This document shows, piece after piece, positions 22,369 to 33,615 of a stretch of 64,000 bases of DNA. The position numbers and the translations under genes are program-made. Source of the DNA: Gammaproteobacteria bacterium (GTDB taxonomy: Bacteria > Pseudomonadota > Gammaproteobacteria > JAJPIJ01); NCBI GenBank assembly GCA_022071965.1, contig JAJVIQ010000021.1, forward strand, positions 1,288-65,287, written 5' to 3'. Within the stretch, counting starts at the first letter, position 1, and each line of letters opens with the position of its first letter. The notes below the pieces were generated by a model. The model had not been told where the DNA came from and did not search any database. It was given only the letters and a program-made list of their open reading frames with translations.

Positions 22369-22983
22369 CTACCGTCGGTTCTGGAGCTGCGAGTAATGCG
22401 CCGCCTCCAGCCAGCGATACTTGTCGGCGACGACCGCCCCCCAATAGAGACAGCCGCTGTAGCGCCAGCCGTCCAGCACCAGCCCCTCGTGGAAGCTCGC
22501 GCCGCGGGCGGCGACGACGACCGTACTGTGCTCACTCAGCACGTTGCCCTCGTTGGCGATCCCCCAATACAGGGTCAAGGTGCGCAGATCGAGCGCGCGC
22601 AGTGCGTCAAGGAGATCGCGCGTCCAATGGACGCACAAACCGCGACGCTTCTCGCCGGAGGCCACCGCCAGGTTGTGCGAAATCGCGCTGCCCGTCACCC
22701 CGTAGTCGCGCCGCTGCGCGAGCGAGGTCTGCAGGGCGGTGGCTGCCACCCGGCGCGCCTCCGCCGGATCGACGTTCGGGCCCAGCGCGAGCAGGCGCCT
22801 GGCGAGCATCTGCAGGCGCGTCTGCTGCACGCTGGCGGAGGAGACGTCATCGGGCCCGCTGAAGCTGCAGGCCGGGGGCCTGTCCGACATCGTGGTCGCG
22901 CAGCCGGCGCACAGCACCACCGCGCCGAGGATCGGTACGGAGCGCAGCAGCCAGTGTAGGGTGATACGCGGGTGCGCAGGCAC
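22369..22983 (-). CDS. Hypothetical lipoprotein
   Basis: 204-aa ORF with lipobox 'VVLCAGC'. Coding-like GC3 bias. I do not recognise a family. Confidence 0.5.
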   Translation of the reverse strand: MPAHPRITLHWLLRSVPILGAVVLCAGCATTMSDRPPACSFSGPDDVSSASVQQTRLQMLARRLLALGPNVDPAEARRVAATALQTSLAQRRDYGVTGSAISHNLAVASGEKRRGLCVHWTRDLLDALRALDLRTLTLYWGIANEGNVLSEHSTVVVAARGASFHEGLVLDGWRYSGCLYWGAVVADKYRWLEAAHYSQLQNRR

Positions 22984-23154
22984 GGTGCACGCAGTCTATC
23001 TTCAGCGGGCCTGGAAGCCAAAGCCGCCGCGAATCGAGCGGCGTCGGGTTGACGGCCGTGGCTGCCACCGCGGCTTTGCGCGAGTGTGCATGTCGCTATA
23101 ATGAATTCTGCCGGCTTCCGCATCGCGTGCCGGCCACAATCGAGGAATTCCCGT

Positions 23155-23868
23155 ATGCGCCCGAGCGGCCGAGCCCCCAACGAACTGCGAAGGATCAACC
23201 TGACGCGCAATTTCACCCGCCACGCCGAGGGCTCGGTGCTGGTCGAGTACGGCGACACCAAAGTGGTGTGTACGGCCACGGTGGATGAGAAGGTTCCGCC
23301 GTGGATGCGCGGCCGCGGCAGCGGCTGGGTCACCGCGGAGTACGGCATGCTGCCGCGCTCCACCGGCGAGCGCACCAGGCGCGAGGCCACCCAGGGCAAG
23401 CAGGGCGGCCGCACGCTGGAGATCCAGCGCCTGATAGGCCGCTCGCTGCGCGCGGTCGTCGACATGCAGGCCCTCGGCGAGCGCACCGTGATCGTCGATT
23501 GCGACGTGCTGCAGGCCGATGGCGGGACGCGTACGGCCTCGATCACGGGCAGCTTCGTCGCGCTGAGGGACGCGGTCGCCAGGCTGCGCAGGAGCGGCAA
23601 GCTGGCGAGCGACCCCATCCACGGGATGGTCGCCTCGGTGTCCGTCGGCATCTATCGCGGCACCCCGGTGGTGGATCTGGATTACGCCGAGGACGTCGAG
23701 GCCGAGACCGACATGAACGTGGTCATGAACGACGCCGGCAATTTCGTCGAGGTCCAGGGCACGGCAGAGGGCCACGCCTTCCGCATGGACGAGCTGATGG
23801 CCATGCTCGAGCTTGCCCGCGGGGGGATCGCCTCGATCATCGAGCTGCAGTGCGCGGCGCTTGCGTAG
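23155..23868 (+). CDS. rph: Ribonuclease PH
   Basis: '[41 protein letters not shown]' is the canonical RNase PH N-terminus. Start is at 23155, inside the tracked ORF. Confidence 0.9.
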   Translation: MRPSGRAPNELRRINLTRNFTRHAEGSVLVEYGDTKVVCTATVDEKVPPWMRGRGSGWVTAEYGMLPRSTGERTRREATQGKQGGRTLEIQRLIGRSLRAVVDMQALGERTVIVDCDVLQADGGTRTASITGSFVALRDAVARLRRSGKLASDPIHGMVASVSVGIYRGTPVVDLDYAEDVEAETDMNVVMNDAGNFVEVQGTAEGHAFRMDELMAMLELARGGIASIIELQCAALA

Positions 23869-23876
23869 ACCGTCCG

Positions 23877-24491
23877 ATGGTGGAGCGCCCCCTCCGGGTG
23901 GTCTTGGCGAGCGGCAACCGCGGCAAGGTGCGCGAGATCCAGGCGATGCTGGCCGACATGGCGCTCACGGTCCTGCCGCAATCGGACTTCAACGTGCCCA
24001 CCGCCGCGGAGACCGGGCTCACCTTCGTCGAGAATGCGATATTGAAGGCCCGCAATGCCGCCAGGCACACCGGCCTGCCGGCGATCGCCGATGACTCCGG
24101 CATCGAGGTGCGGGCGCTGAACGGCGGGCCGGGCGTGCATTCCGCGGTCTACGCCGGCGAGGGCGCAAGCGACAAGGACAACCTCGAGAAACTCCTCGAG
24201 GCCTGCGAGGCGGTGCCCGAGGGCGAGCGTGCCGCGCGATTCGTATGCGTGATGGTCTACATGCGTCATGCCGGGGATGCCACGCCGCTCATCGCGCAGG
24301 GCGCGTGGCCGGGAGAGCTGCTGCGCGTGGCGAGCGGCGGGGGTGGCTTCGGGTACGACCCCATCTTCTTCGTACCGGGGCGCGGCTGCTCCTCCGCGCA
24401 GCTGACTCCGGAGGTCAAGAACCGGCTCAGTCATCGCGGCCAGGCCCTGCGCGCGCTGGTCGCGCAGTTGCGCGCCGCAGACGGCTGGTAG
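23877..24491 (+). CDS. rdgB: dITP/XTP pyrophosphatase (Ham1/RdgB)
   Basis: 'VVLASGNRGKVREI', 'ETGLTFVENAILKAR' and 'FGYDPIFF' are RdgB motifs. Start at ATG 23877, inside tracked ORF 23301. Confidence 0.9.
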   Translation: MVERPLRVVLASGNRGKVREIQAMLADMALTVLPQSDFNVPTAAETGLTFVENAILKARNAARHTGLPAIADDSGIEVRALNGGPGVHSAVYAGEGASDKDNLEKLLEACEAVPEGERAARFVCVMVYMRHAGDATPLIAQGAWPGELLRVASGGGGFGYDPIFFVPGRGCSSAQLTPEVKNRLSHRGQALRALVAQLRAADGW

Positions 24492-24561
24492 AGGCATGGT
24501 GGCCCGGCCTGCACCGGCAGTCGCCCGATCGCTCGGCAGCGCAAACGAGCCGGCCGTGGCG

Positions 24562-25716
24562 ATGACCACGCCTCCGCTGTCGCTCTACGTGCACCTGCCC
24601 TGGTGCGTGCGCAAGTGCCCCTATTGCGACTTCAACTCCTACGAGGCCGGCGGCAGCCTGCCGGAAGACGATTACATCGCCGCGCTGCTTCGCGATCTCG
24701 ATATGGAGGCCGAATGTGCCCGCGGCCGCATCGTGCAGAGCATTTTCGTGGGCGGCGGCACCCCCAGCCTGTTTTCCGGCCGGGCCATCGCGGCCCTGAT
24801 GGAGGGGATACGGGTCCGTCTTGCGATCGCCTCCGATGCCGAGGTGACGCTGGAGGCCAATCCGGGCGCCGCCGAGGCCACGCGCTTCGAGGCGTACCGG
24901 TGCGCCGGAGTCAATCGGCTGTCCATGGGCGTGCAGAGCTTTCGCGATCCGCAGTTGCGCGCTCTGGGCCGCGTACATTCCGCGCACGACGCCGTGCGCG
25001 CCTATGCGATGGCCCGCTCGGCCGGTTTCGAGAACGTGAATCTCGACCTCATGTACGCGCTTCCCGCCGACGGCGTGTCCGGGGCGCTGGCCGACCTGCG
25101 CGCCGCGATCGCGCTCGGACCCACGCACCTGTCCTGGTACCAGCTCACGCTGGAACCCGACACGGCGTTTCACCGTCAGCCGCCGCGTGATCTGCCTGAA
25201 GATGACGTGGTGTTCGCGATCGAGGAGACGGGGCGCGAGCTGCTCGCGCAGCACGGCTACGCGCGCTACGAGGTGTCCGCCTACGCCACCCCGGGACGGC
25301 AGTGCCGGCACAACCTCAACTACTGGCAGTTCGGTGACTACCTCGGCATAGGCGCGGGCGCGCATGCGAAGCTGACCATGCCGCGGGAGGGGCGGATCGA
25401 ACGGCGTGCGCGCCAGCGCAATCCGCGTACCTACATGTGCCAGGCCGGCACGCCCGGGGCCTGCACGGTGGAGCGCGTCACGGGCCCGGCGCAGCGGGTC
25501 GTGGAATACATGATGAACGCGCTGCGTCTGTGCGAGGGCTTCGAGCCCGCGGTGTTCGAACGTCGCACCGGTGTGGCGTGGGCGAAGATCGAGGCGTCAG
25601 TCGATGCGGCCGTTGCCGGCGGGCTGCTCGAGCGCGAAGGCGCGCGGGTACGACCCACCGCCGTCGGAATGCGTTACCTTAATGATCTGGTCGCGGCGTT
25701 CGACGCCGTGGCGTAG
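24562..25716 (+). CDS. hemW: Radical SAM heme chaperone HemW (HemN-like, oxygen-independent coproporphyrinogen oxidase family)
   Basis: 'LYVHLPWCVRKCPYCDFNS' is the CxxxCxxC radical-SAM motif in HemW context. rph-rdgB-hemW synteny. Confidence 0.85.
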   Translation: MTTPPLSLYVHLPWCVRKCPYCDFNSYEAGGSLPEDDYIAALLRDLDMEAECARGRIVQSIFVGGGTPSLFSGRAIAALMEGIRVRLAIASDAEVTLEANPGAAEATRFEAYRCAGVNRLSMGVQSFRDPQLRALGRVHSAHDAVRAYAMARSAGFENVNLDLMYALPADGVSGALADLRAAIALGPTHLSWYQLTLEPDTAFHRQPPRDLPEDDVVFAIEETGRELLAQHGYARYEVSAYATPGRQCRHNLNYWQFGDYLGIGAGAHAKLTMPREGRIERRARQRNPRTYMCQAGTPGACTVERVTGPAQRVVEYMMNALRLCEGFEPAVFERRTGVAWAKIEASVDAAVAGGLLEREGARVRPTAVGMRYLNDLVAAFDAVA

Positions 25717-25776
25717 CAGGCGCGTCTGCGCGACGCGGAGGTTCTGGCGGAATTCGGCTCACGGAGGACGGGGACG

Positions 25777-26760
25777 ATGCGGGCAATGGTGCTGAAGGAG
25801 ACCGGCAAATCACTGGAGCCGATGGATATCGGTCTGCCGATCCCGCGCGCCGGCCAGGCGCTGGTCCGGGTGCGTGCCTGCGGCGTCTGCCGCACCGATC
25901 TGCACATCCGCGACGGCGAGCTGCCGCGCAAGAAGATGCCGATCATCCTCGGTCATGAGGTCGTCGGCGAGGTGGTCTCGCTCGGCGCGCAGGTGACGGG
26001 CCTGCAGGTCGGGCAGCGCGTGGGCATTCCCTGGCTCGGCCACACCTGCGGCACCTGCGCCTACTGTCAGCGCGGGCAGGAGAATCTCTGCGATCGGGCC
26101 ACGTTCACCGGCTATCACGTCGACGGCGGATTCGCGGAGTACGCGGTGGCCGACGCCCGCTTCTGCCTGCCGCTGCCGGCGGCGTACGGGGATGCGGAGG
26201 CGGCGCCGCTGTTGTGCGCCGGCCTCATCGGCTACCGCGCGCTGCGCATGGCGGGGGAGGCGCAGCGCCTGGGGATTTACGGTTTCGGCGCGGCCGCGCA
26301 CATCATCGCGCAGGTGGCCCGCCATCAGGGCCGCGAGGTGTACGCGTTCACCCGTCCCGGCGATCGCGCCGGGCAGGAGTTCGCGCGCGAGTGCGGCGCG
26401 CACTGGGCGGGTGATTCGGATCGTGCCCCGCCGGCCGCGCTCGATGCGGCCGTGCTGTTCGCGCCGATCGGCGATCTGGTGCCGGCAGCGTTGCGTGCGG
26501 TCGGCAAGGGTGGCACCGTCGTCTGCGCCGGCATCCACATGAGCGACATACCGGCGTTTCCCTACTCGCTGCTCTGGGGCGAGCGCACCGTACGCTCGGT
26601 GGCGAATCTCACGCGTCAGGATGGTGTCGACTTCCTGGCCTTGGCGCCGCAGGTGCCGGTGCGCCCGGCGGTGGAAATCTTCTCGCTGCAGGATGCAAAC
26701 GGCGCGATCCTCCGGTTGCGGGGCGGTGAGGTGCGGGGTGCGGCCGTGCTCGTCATCTAG
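25777..26760 (+). CDS. Zinc-dependent alcohol dehydrogenase family oxidoreductase
   Basis: 327 aa. 'CGVCRTDLH', 'GHEVVGEV', structural-zinc Cys cluster 'CGTCAYCQRGQENLC', and Rossmann 'GIYGFGAAAH'. Confidence 0.8.
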   Translation: MRAMVLKETGKSLEPMDIGLPIPRAGQALVRVRACGVCRTDLHIRDGELPRKKMPIILGHEVVGEVVSLGAQVTGLQVGQRVGIPWLGHTCGTCAYCQRGQENLCDRATFTGYHVDGGFAEYAVADARFCLPLPAAYGDAEAAPLLCAGLIGYRALRMAGEAQRLGIYGFGAAAHIIAQVARHQGREVYAFTRPGDRAGQEFARECGAHWAGDSDRAPPAALDAAVLFAPIGDLVPAALRAVGKGGTVVCAGIHMSDIPAFPYSLLWGERTVRSVANLTRQDGVDFLALAPQVPVRPAVEIFSLQDANGAILRLRGGEVRGAAVLVI

Positions 26761-26901
26761 CGGGCGTCCTGCCCGAATCGGCGATCGCCTCCGTGGGCGA
26801 TGTGCAGCGGGAGTCAACGAGCCGGCGGGATCAAAGACGGTGGCGGAGGGGTTGCCTCCGCCACGTATGCTATGGAACGCCGGCGCGGGCGGTTGCCGTG
26901 C

Positions 26902-27447
26902 TCACTCCGGCTCGTTGCCGATCTCGTAGACCTCCACGTTGGCCTCTTCGATCTTGCCGGTCTCCGCGTCGACGTCGATCTTGATCTCCGGGCCCATGAC
27001 CGTCTGGATGTCGAACTCGTAGGTGGCTGCGCCGTCCTGGCCGATCTCGAACTCCTCGGCCACGACCTTGCCGGGGTGCACGGCCAGCGCGAACTTGCGG
27101 GCCTCCTCCTGGCTCACCTTCGCCAGTGACTTGAACAGCGGGTCGTCGGCCTTCACCTCGCGCTCGATCTCGGTGATGAGTCCCTCCTCGGCGTTGCACT
27201 CGACGTTGTAGGTGTAGCCGTCCTTGGCCTCGATGTCGAACTCGTAGGTCGGGTCGTCGCCCTCGATCTTCAGTTCCAGCTTGCGCGGCTCGCCGGGGAT
27301 GGTGTCGATCGCCTGATCAAGGCAGGTCTCCACGGAGACCAGCTTCCACCTGGCCACATCGTCGAGATCGAGCGTGTCGCCCGCGAGGACGGGTGTCGCG
27401 GCCAGGGTGCCGAGCAGGGTACCGGTGAACATGGGTAGTCTCTTCAT
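26902..27447 (-). CDS. PepSY-domain secreted protein (two repeats)
   Basis: 181 aa with a signal peptide. Two repeats of the type '...A..A......PG.....E.E.......YEFDI....G....I.VDA.TG.I'. Confidence 0.65.
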   Translation of the reverse strand: MKRLPMFTGTLLGTLAATPVLAGDTLDLDDVARWKLVSVETCLDQAIDTIPGEPRKLELKIEGDDPTYEFDIEAKDGYTYNVECNAEEGLITEIEREVKADDPLFKSLAKVSQEEARKFALAVHPGKVVAEEFEIGQDGAATYEFDIQTVMGPEIKIDVDAETGKIEEANVEVYEIGNEPE

Positions 27448-27665
27448 GGTCGGTGTTCCTTCTTGCTGGGTATGGGGGATTTATGGTCACGTTCTCCCAA
27501 ATACTAGGACAAAATCCCGACAATGAAATTACGTAGTTCCCGAATCCACGCCGGGACCGGCTTCTGTCCTGCCCCAGCCCGCACGGAGTGCGGCGTGACC
27601 CATGCGGCAAGACGCCGTCCGAAGCCCCCGCCTGCCGGAGGGCGGAGGGTGGCTTCGCGGCTGAT

Positions 27666-27767
27666 GTCTCGACACGATGCCCGATCCGCGCCGGATGAGC
27701 AGCCGGGTCGCAGCACGAACGCGGGCTCCTGGCAGGTCTCGAGGCGATGCCCGATCGGCGCCGGATG
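27666..27767. repeat. Two 32-bp direct repeats (29/32 identical) 70 bp apart
   Basis: GTCTCGACACGATGCCCGATCCGCGCCGGATG (27666-27697) versus GTCTCGAGGCGATGCCCGATCGGCGCCGGATG (27736-27767). They lie in the 338-bp gap between the LuxR-type gene and the PepSY gene. Confidence 0.6.
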
Positions 27768-27785
27768 GGTGGGGCGCGGACGGAT

Positions 27786-28460
27786 TCAGGGGCCGACGAC
27801 GCCGGTGCGCCGGGCCAGAGCCCGCAGCTCCTCCCGCGTGGCGATCTTGAGCTTCAGCTTGATGGTGCCGCCATAGTTGGCGACGGTCTTGTAGCTGAGA
27901 TCGAGCCGCCGTGCGATCTCCTTCATCGGTACGTCGGCCGCCAGCATGCAGAACACCTCATACTCCCGTGGCGACAGCACGCGCAGGCTGGTGCTCCTCC
28001 CCATGAGCTTCTGCAATGCGATCCGCTGTGCAAGGGTCGGATCCAGATAGTTGCTGCCGCCTGAGACCAGGTGTATGGCCTTGACGATCTCATCGAGTGC
28101 CGCGGACCGGCAGACGTAGCCGGCGGCGCCACGCTGCAGCACCGCCTCGGCCTCCATGAGGTCCTCCCTGGCCGAGACCGCCAATACCCGTATCCCGGGG
28201 TGAGCCAGGACGATATCGTAGATGACCTGGCTCGCGCGCAGACGTTCGTCCGTCAGATCGACCAGCAACAGATCGGGTCGCGCCGATTCCAGTATGCGCA
28301 GCGCGTCCCCGGTGGACGCCGCGATCCAATCGAAGGAAATCGACGGGTCGGCCTCCTCGACTGCCCGGTAGCCGGTCTGCGTGATGCGACTGACGGCGAC
28401 GAGCAGTACGTGCCGTACCTCGTCCGCACGCCTCCCCGACTCCGCCGTATCGGTGTTCAT
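27786..28460 (-). CDS. LuxR/NarL-type response regulator with atypical receiver domain
   Basis: C-terminal LuxR HTH 'LSPREYEVFCMLAADVPMKEIARRLDLSYKTVANYGGTIKLKL'. The receiver keeps 'LLLVDL' Asp but has 'LLVAVSR' in place of the acidic DD pair and 'YVCRS' where the conserved Lys is expected. No histidine kinase is adjacent. Confidence 0.8.
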   Translation of the reverse strand: MNTDTAESGRRADEVRHVLLVAVSRITQTGYRAVEEADPSISFDWIAASTGDALRILESARPDLLLVDLTDERLRASQVIYDIVLAHPGIRVLAVSAREDLMEAEAVLQRGAAGYVCRSAALDEIVKAIHLVSGGSNYLDPTLAQRIALQKLMGRSTSLRVLSPREYEVFCMLAADVPMKEIARRLDLSYKTVANYGGTIKLKLKIATREELRALARRTGVVGP

Positions 28461-28689
28461 GCTGGGTACTTGCAGCGAACAGGCATGGGGGGAGTCCTGT
28501 GCAGGGCATGCCGTAGCCTGGGAAATTGTCCCATGCTAGCAGGAAATTCGTCATGAAGCAGCCCTGCGGAGCCCGACGCGGGCCCCGAGATTCCCCCCGC
28601 GGATGGATCGCCCGTTACTCGAACCCGGGCGGGCGGACCGCTGCGCGAATTCGGTTACCATGGCCGCCAAAAAAACAAGGCGGAGGCGC

Positions 28690-30771
<2,082 letters not shown>

Positions 30772-30776
30772 CGGCA

Positions 30777-31031
30777 ATGGGATCGCCATGGCCATACGTG
30801 CGCGCGCTCTGGCTGCGGATTGCGCGCCGGCCTGCACCGTCAGGGTGGCCGGTCGGCGCCGCCTCGGCGCTGTGGCGGGCGTTGCGCGCGGCCACCGGTG
30901 ATGATGCCTACGAGCGGTATCTCGCGCATCACCGCCTGCATCATGGAGGAGATGGCGTGCCCATGAGCCGCGCCGGGTTTTTTCGCGCCGAGCAGAGGCG
31001 CAAATGGGACGGGGTCAGGCGCTGCTGCTGA
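30777..31031 (+). CDS. YbdD/YjiX (DUF466) family small protein, CstA-associated
   Basis: 5 nt after the cstA stop. 'GDDAYERYLAHHRLHH...MSRAGFFRAEQRRKWDGVRRCC' has the family's C-terminal '...RCC-stop' ending. The start is uncertain and the protein could be shorter. Confidence 0.65.
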   Translation: MGSPWPYVRALWLRIARRPAPSGWPVGAASALWRALRAATGDDAYERYLAHHRLHHGGDGVPMSRAGFFRAEQRRKWDGVRRCC

Positions 31032-31034
31032 ATG

Positions 31035-31667
31035 CTAGAGCAGGTTGCCGAGGTAGCTCCAGGCCTGATCGCCCAGCACCGCCACGACCGTGAGCACGAT
31101 ACTGAAGTAGATCACGGTGACCGCCAGCCAGAAGAGCGCCCCGAAGAGCATCAACCCGTCCTGTTCGAGTTGCGCGACGCAGACGAAGAGTATCGCCAGC
31201 CCGGGCAGTGCGTTGTTGAAGGGCAGCCCGAAGAAAGGGATTGCCATCAGCAGGCCCGCGGCCATCAGCACGAACCCGGAGTTCCGGCGCCCCGACGCAC
31301 CCGTCACCAGGCGCGTGTAGCGCGGCCGGGTTACCTTCCGGCACCAGCCGAGGATCTTCAGGCACACCCGGGTCGTCACCTCCCAGGTCTGCGCGCCGAC
31401 CTCGATGCGACGCACCCGCTGCGGCAGCACCGGCACCTTGTGGCCGCGCCACATCTGCCAGCCCATCACGGCGAACACCAGCCCGCCGGCCGTGGCGAGC
31501 GGCCCGAGCGAAACCGGCGTCAGAAACGGCAGCACGAGTATGATGGCGAAGAAGCAGAAGCTCGCCTCCTCGATGGAATCCAGGACCTCGCCGAGCGTGA
31601 GCGGCGCGCTCTGCGCGCGATCACGGAAGCGCTCGAGAGTGGCCACCAGCGTCGCGTAGTCGGACAT
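31035..31667 (-). CDS. ExoD-family (exopolysaccharide synthesis) membrane protein
   Basis: 210 aa. 'LTLGEVLDSIEEASFCFFAIILVLPFLTPVSLGPL' followed by several TM helices, as in ExoD-like proteins. Confidence 0.65.
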   Translation of the reverse strand: MSDYATLVATLERFRDRAQSAPLTLGEVLDSIEEASFCFFAIILVLPFLTPVSLGPLATAGGLVFAVMGWQMWRGHKVPVLPQRVRRIEVGAQTWEVTTRVCLKILGWCRKVTRPRYTRLVTGASGRRNSGFVLMAAGLLMAIPFFGLPFNNALPGLAILFVCVAQLEQDGLMLFGALFWLAVTVIYFSIVLTVVAVLGDQAWSYLGNLL

Positions 31668-31668
31668 C

Positions 31669-32478
31669 TCAGGCTCCCCGCGGCCAGTAGTACCAGAGGC
31701 ACAGCGTGCCGAAAAGGATGCGATACCACGCGAAGACCGCGAAGTCGTGTCGGGAGACGAATCGTATGAAGGTCTTCACGGCCAGCACCGCGGTGATGAA
31801 CGAGACGACGAAGCCGATGGCCAGGACGACGGCATAATCGGCGTTCAGAGCACCGAGGTTCTTCGCCAGGTCGAGACCGGTCGCCGCGAACATGATCGGG
31901 ATGGCGAGGAAGAAGGAAAACTCCGTCGCCGCCGTGCGCGACAGTCCGAACACGAGACCGCCGATGATCGTCGCCCCGGAGCGCGAGGTGCCGGGAATGA
32001 GGGACAGCACCTGCACGCAGCCGATTTTGAAGGCGTCCCACGGTCGCAACTCGTCCACGGTCCGCACGCGCACCGGCAGGTGCATGCCCTCGACGATCAG
32101 GATGATCACGCCACCGGCGATGAGCGCGATGGCGACGGTCAGAGGATTGAACAGCAACGCCTTGATCGCCTCGTGCGTGATCAGCCCGATCACGGCCGCC
32201 GGCAGGAAGGCGACCAGCAGGTTGAGCAGGAACCGCTGCGAGTCGCGGCTGCTCCCGGCGCCGCGCGCCACGGCAAGCAGCCTCTCCCGGTACAGCCAGC
32301 AGATCGCCAGGATCGCCGCCAGCTGAATGACAATCTCGAAATTCGATGCCAGCGGCCCGTGAAAATCGACGAGATCGGCTGTTATGATGAGATGACCGGT
32401 GCTGGAGATGGGCAGGAACTCCGTGATGCCCTCCACCGCACCCATGACCGCGGCCTTGAGGTATTCCAACCAGTTCAT
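31669..32478 (-). CDS. uppP: Undecaprenyl-diphosphate phosphatase
   Basis: 269 aa. 'GAVEGITEFLPISSTGHL' and 'PGTSRSGATI' are the BacA/UppP motifs. Confidence 0.9.
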   Translation of the reverse strand: MNWLEYLKAAVMGAVEGITEFLPISSTGHLIITADLVDFHGPLASNFEIVIQLAAILAICWLYRERLLAVARGAGSSRDSQRFLLNLLVAFLPAAVIGLITHEAIKALLFNPLTVAIALIAGGVIILIVEGMHLPVRVRTVDELRPWDAFKIGCVQVLSLIPGTSRSGATIIGGLVFGLSRTAATEFSFFLAIPIMFAATGLDLAKNLGALNADYAVVLAIGFVVSFITAVLAVKTFIRFVSRHDFAVFAWYRILFGTLCLWYYWPRGA

Positions 32479-32590
32479 TCGCGATGTCCTCGGGGCGCTT
32501 CAGTAGCGTGGTCATTGATTGCGTGCGACATGGCGCCGGGCCGCGGCCGGGTCGGCAGCATGTGCTGTTTACCTTGGGGGGAGCGTTTCG

Positions 32591-33601
32591 ATGTTGATAG
32601 CCGACTTCGGCGAGCTGCTGGTCATGCTCGTCATCATTCTAATTGCCGCAGACGTGTTCACAAACGCGCTGGAGCATTTGGGTGAACGCCTTGGCATTTC
32701 CGAGGGGGTCACCGGTTCGCTGTTTGCCGCGGTGGGCACGGCCATGCCCGAGAGCATGGTGCCGATACTGGCCTTTTTCGCCGGCGGCAGCAACCCGGCG
32801 ATCAACGAGGAGATAGGCGTGGGCGCGATACTGGGGGCGCCGCTCATGCTGTCGACGCTCTCCCTGTTCCTGATGGCGCTGTCGGTGCTGAATCGTCGCG
32901 GCCTGGCCGGCCATCTGCGTCCGGAGCGCACCGGGCTGGCGCGCGATCTCAATTTCTTCCTGGTCGCGTTCGCCATCGCCGCCGGCGCCCTGTTCATCCC
33001 CCACGAAGCCAGGGGCGTGCAGTCGCTGCTGGCGGTGGGGATGCTGGCCATCTATTTCCTCTACGCCCTGATGACGGTGCGCGCCTCCGCGGATCTCGTG
33101 CGCAACGGCCATGCCACCGAGGCGCACAAGGAGATGTACCTGTGCCGGATTGGCATGCCCGACAACATGATTGTCGTTGTGCTGCAGATTGCGCTCGGCC
33201 TCGCCCTGCTGATACTCGGCGCCAAGGGATTCATACACGGCGTCGAGCAGGCCTCCGTTCACCTCGGCGTCTCGGCGCTGTTCCTCTCGCTGCTGATCGT
33301 GCCCATCGCCACCGAGCTTCCGGAGAAGGTGAACAGCATCCTGTGGATCCGCCGCGGCAAGGACACGATGGCCTTCGGCAACATCACCGGGGCGATGGTC
33401 TTCCAGGGAACGGTCCTGCCCGCCATCGGCCTGCTGCTCACGCCCTGGATGCCGCGCAAGGAGGTGCTCCTGGGGATCATCGTCGCGCTCGCGGCCTCCG
33501 CCTGGCTGCGATACTGCCTGGCGCAGGGACGGTTGGTCGTCTGGCAACTCATGCTGAACGGCATGCTGTACGTCGGCTACATCGTCGCGATGGTGATCTG
33601 A
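32591..33601 (+). CDS. Sodium/calcium exchanger (CaCA) family membrane protein
   Basis: Two internal alpha-repeat regions ('GSLFAAVGTAMPE' and 'IVPIATELPEKVNS...GNITGAMVFQ'). Start at ATG 32591, inside tracked ORF 32519. Confidence 0.7.
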   Translation: MLIADFGELLVMLVIILIAADVFTNALEHLGERLGISEGVTGSLFAAVGTAMPESMVPILAFFAGGSNPAINEEIGVGAILGAPLMLSTLSLFLMALSVLNRRGLAGHLRPERTGLARDLNFFLVAFAIAAGALFIPHEARGVQSLLAVGMLAIYFLYALMTVRASADLVRNGHATEAHKEMYLCRIGMPDNMIVVVLQIALGLALLILGAKGFIHGVEQASVHLGVSALFLSLLIVPIATELPEKVNSILWIRRGKDTMAFGNITGAMVFQGTVLPAIGLLLTPWMPRKEVLLGIIVALAASAWLRYCLAQGRLVVWQLMLNGMLYVGYIVAMVI

Positions 33602-33615
33602 GCCGCGGCGGACGC

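Noticed and set aside
31017-31031. Possible selenocysteine/UGA read-through at the end of the YbdD-like gene (the family is sometimes annotated as a selenoprotein)
   Set aside because: The gene ends TGC TGC TGA, that is Cys-Cys-stop. Reading through the TGA hits TAG two codons later, and I see no SECIS-like hairpin. This is an ordinary Cys form.
33142-33615. N-terminal 158-aa extension of the PQQ dehydrogenase ORF
   Set aside because: This part overlaps the CaCA transporter gene in another frame and is Arg/Gly/His-rich. A signal peptide and the conserved dehydrogenase N-terminus begin only after ATG 33616.
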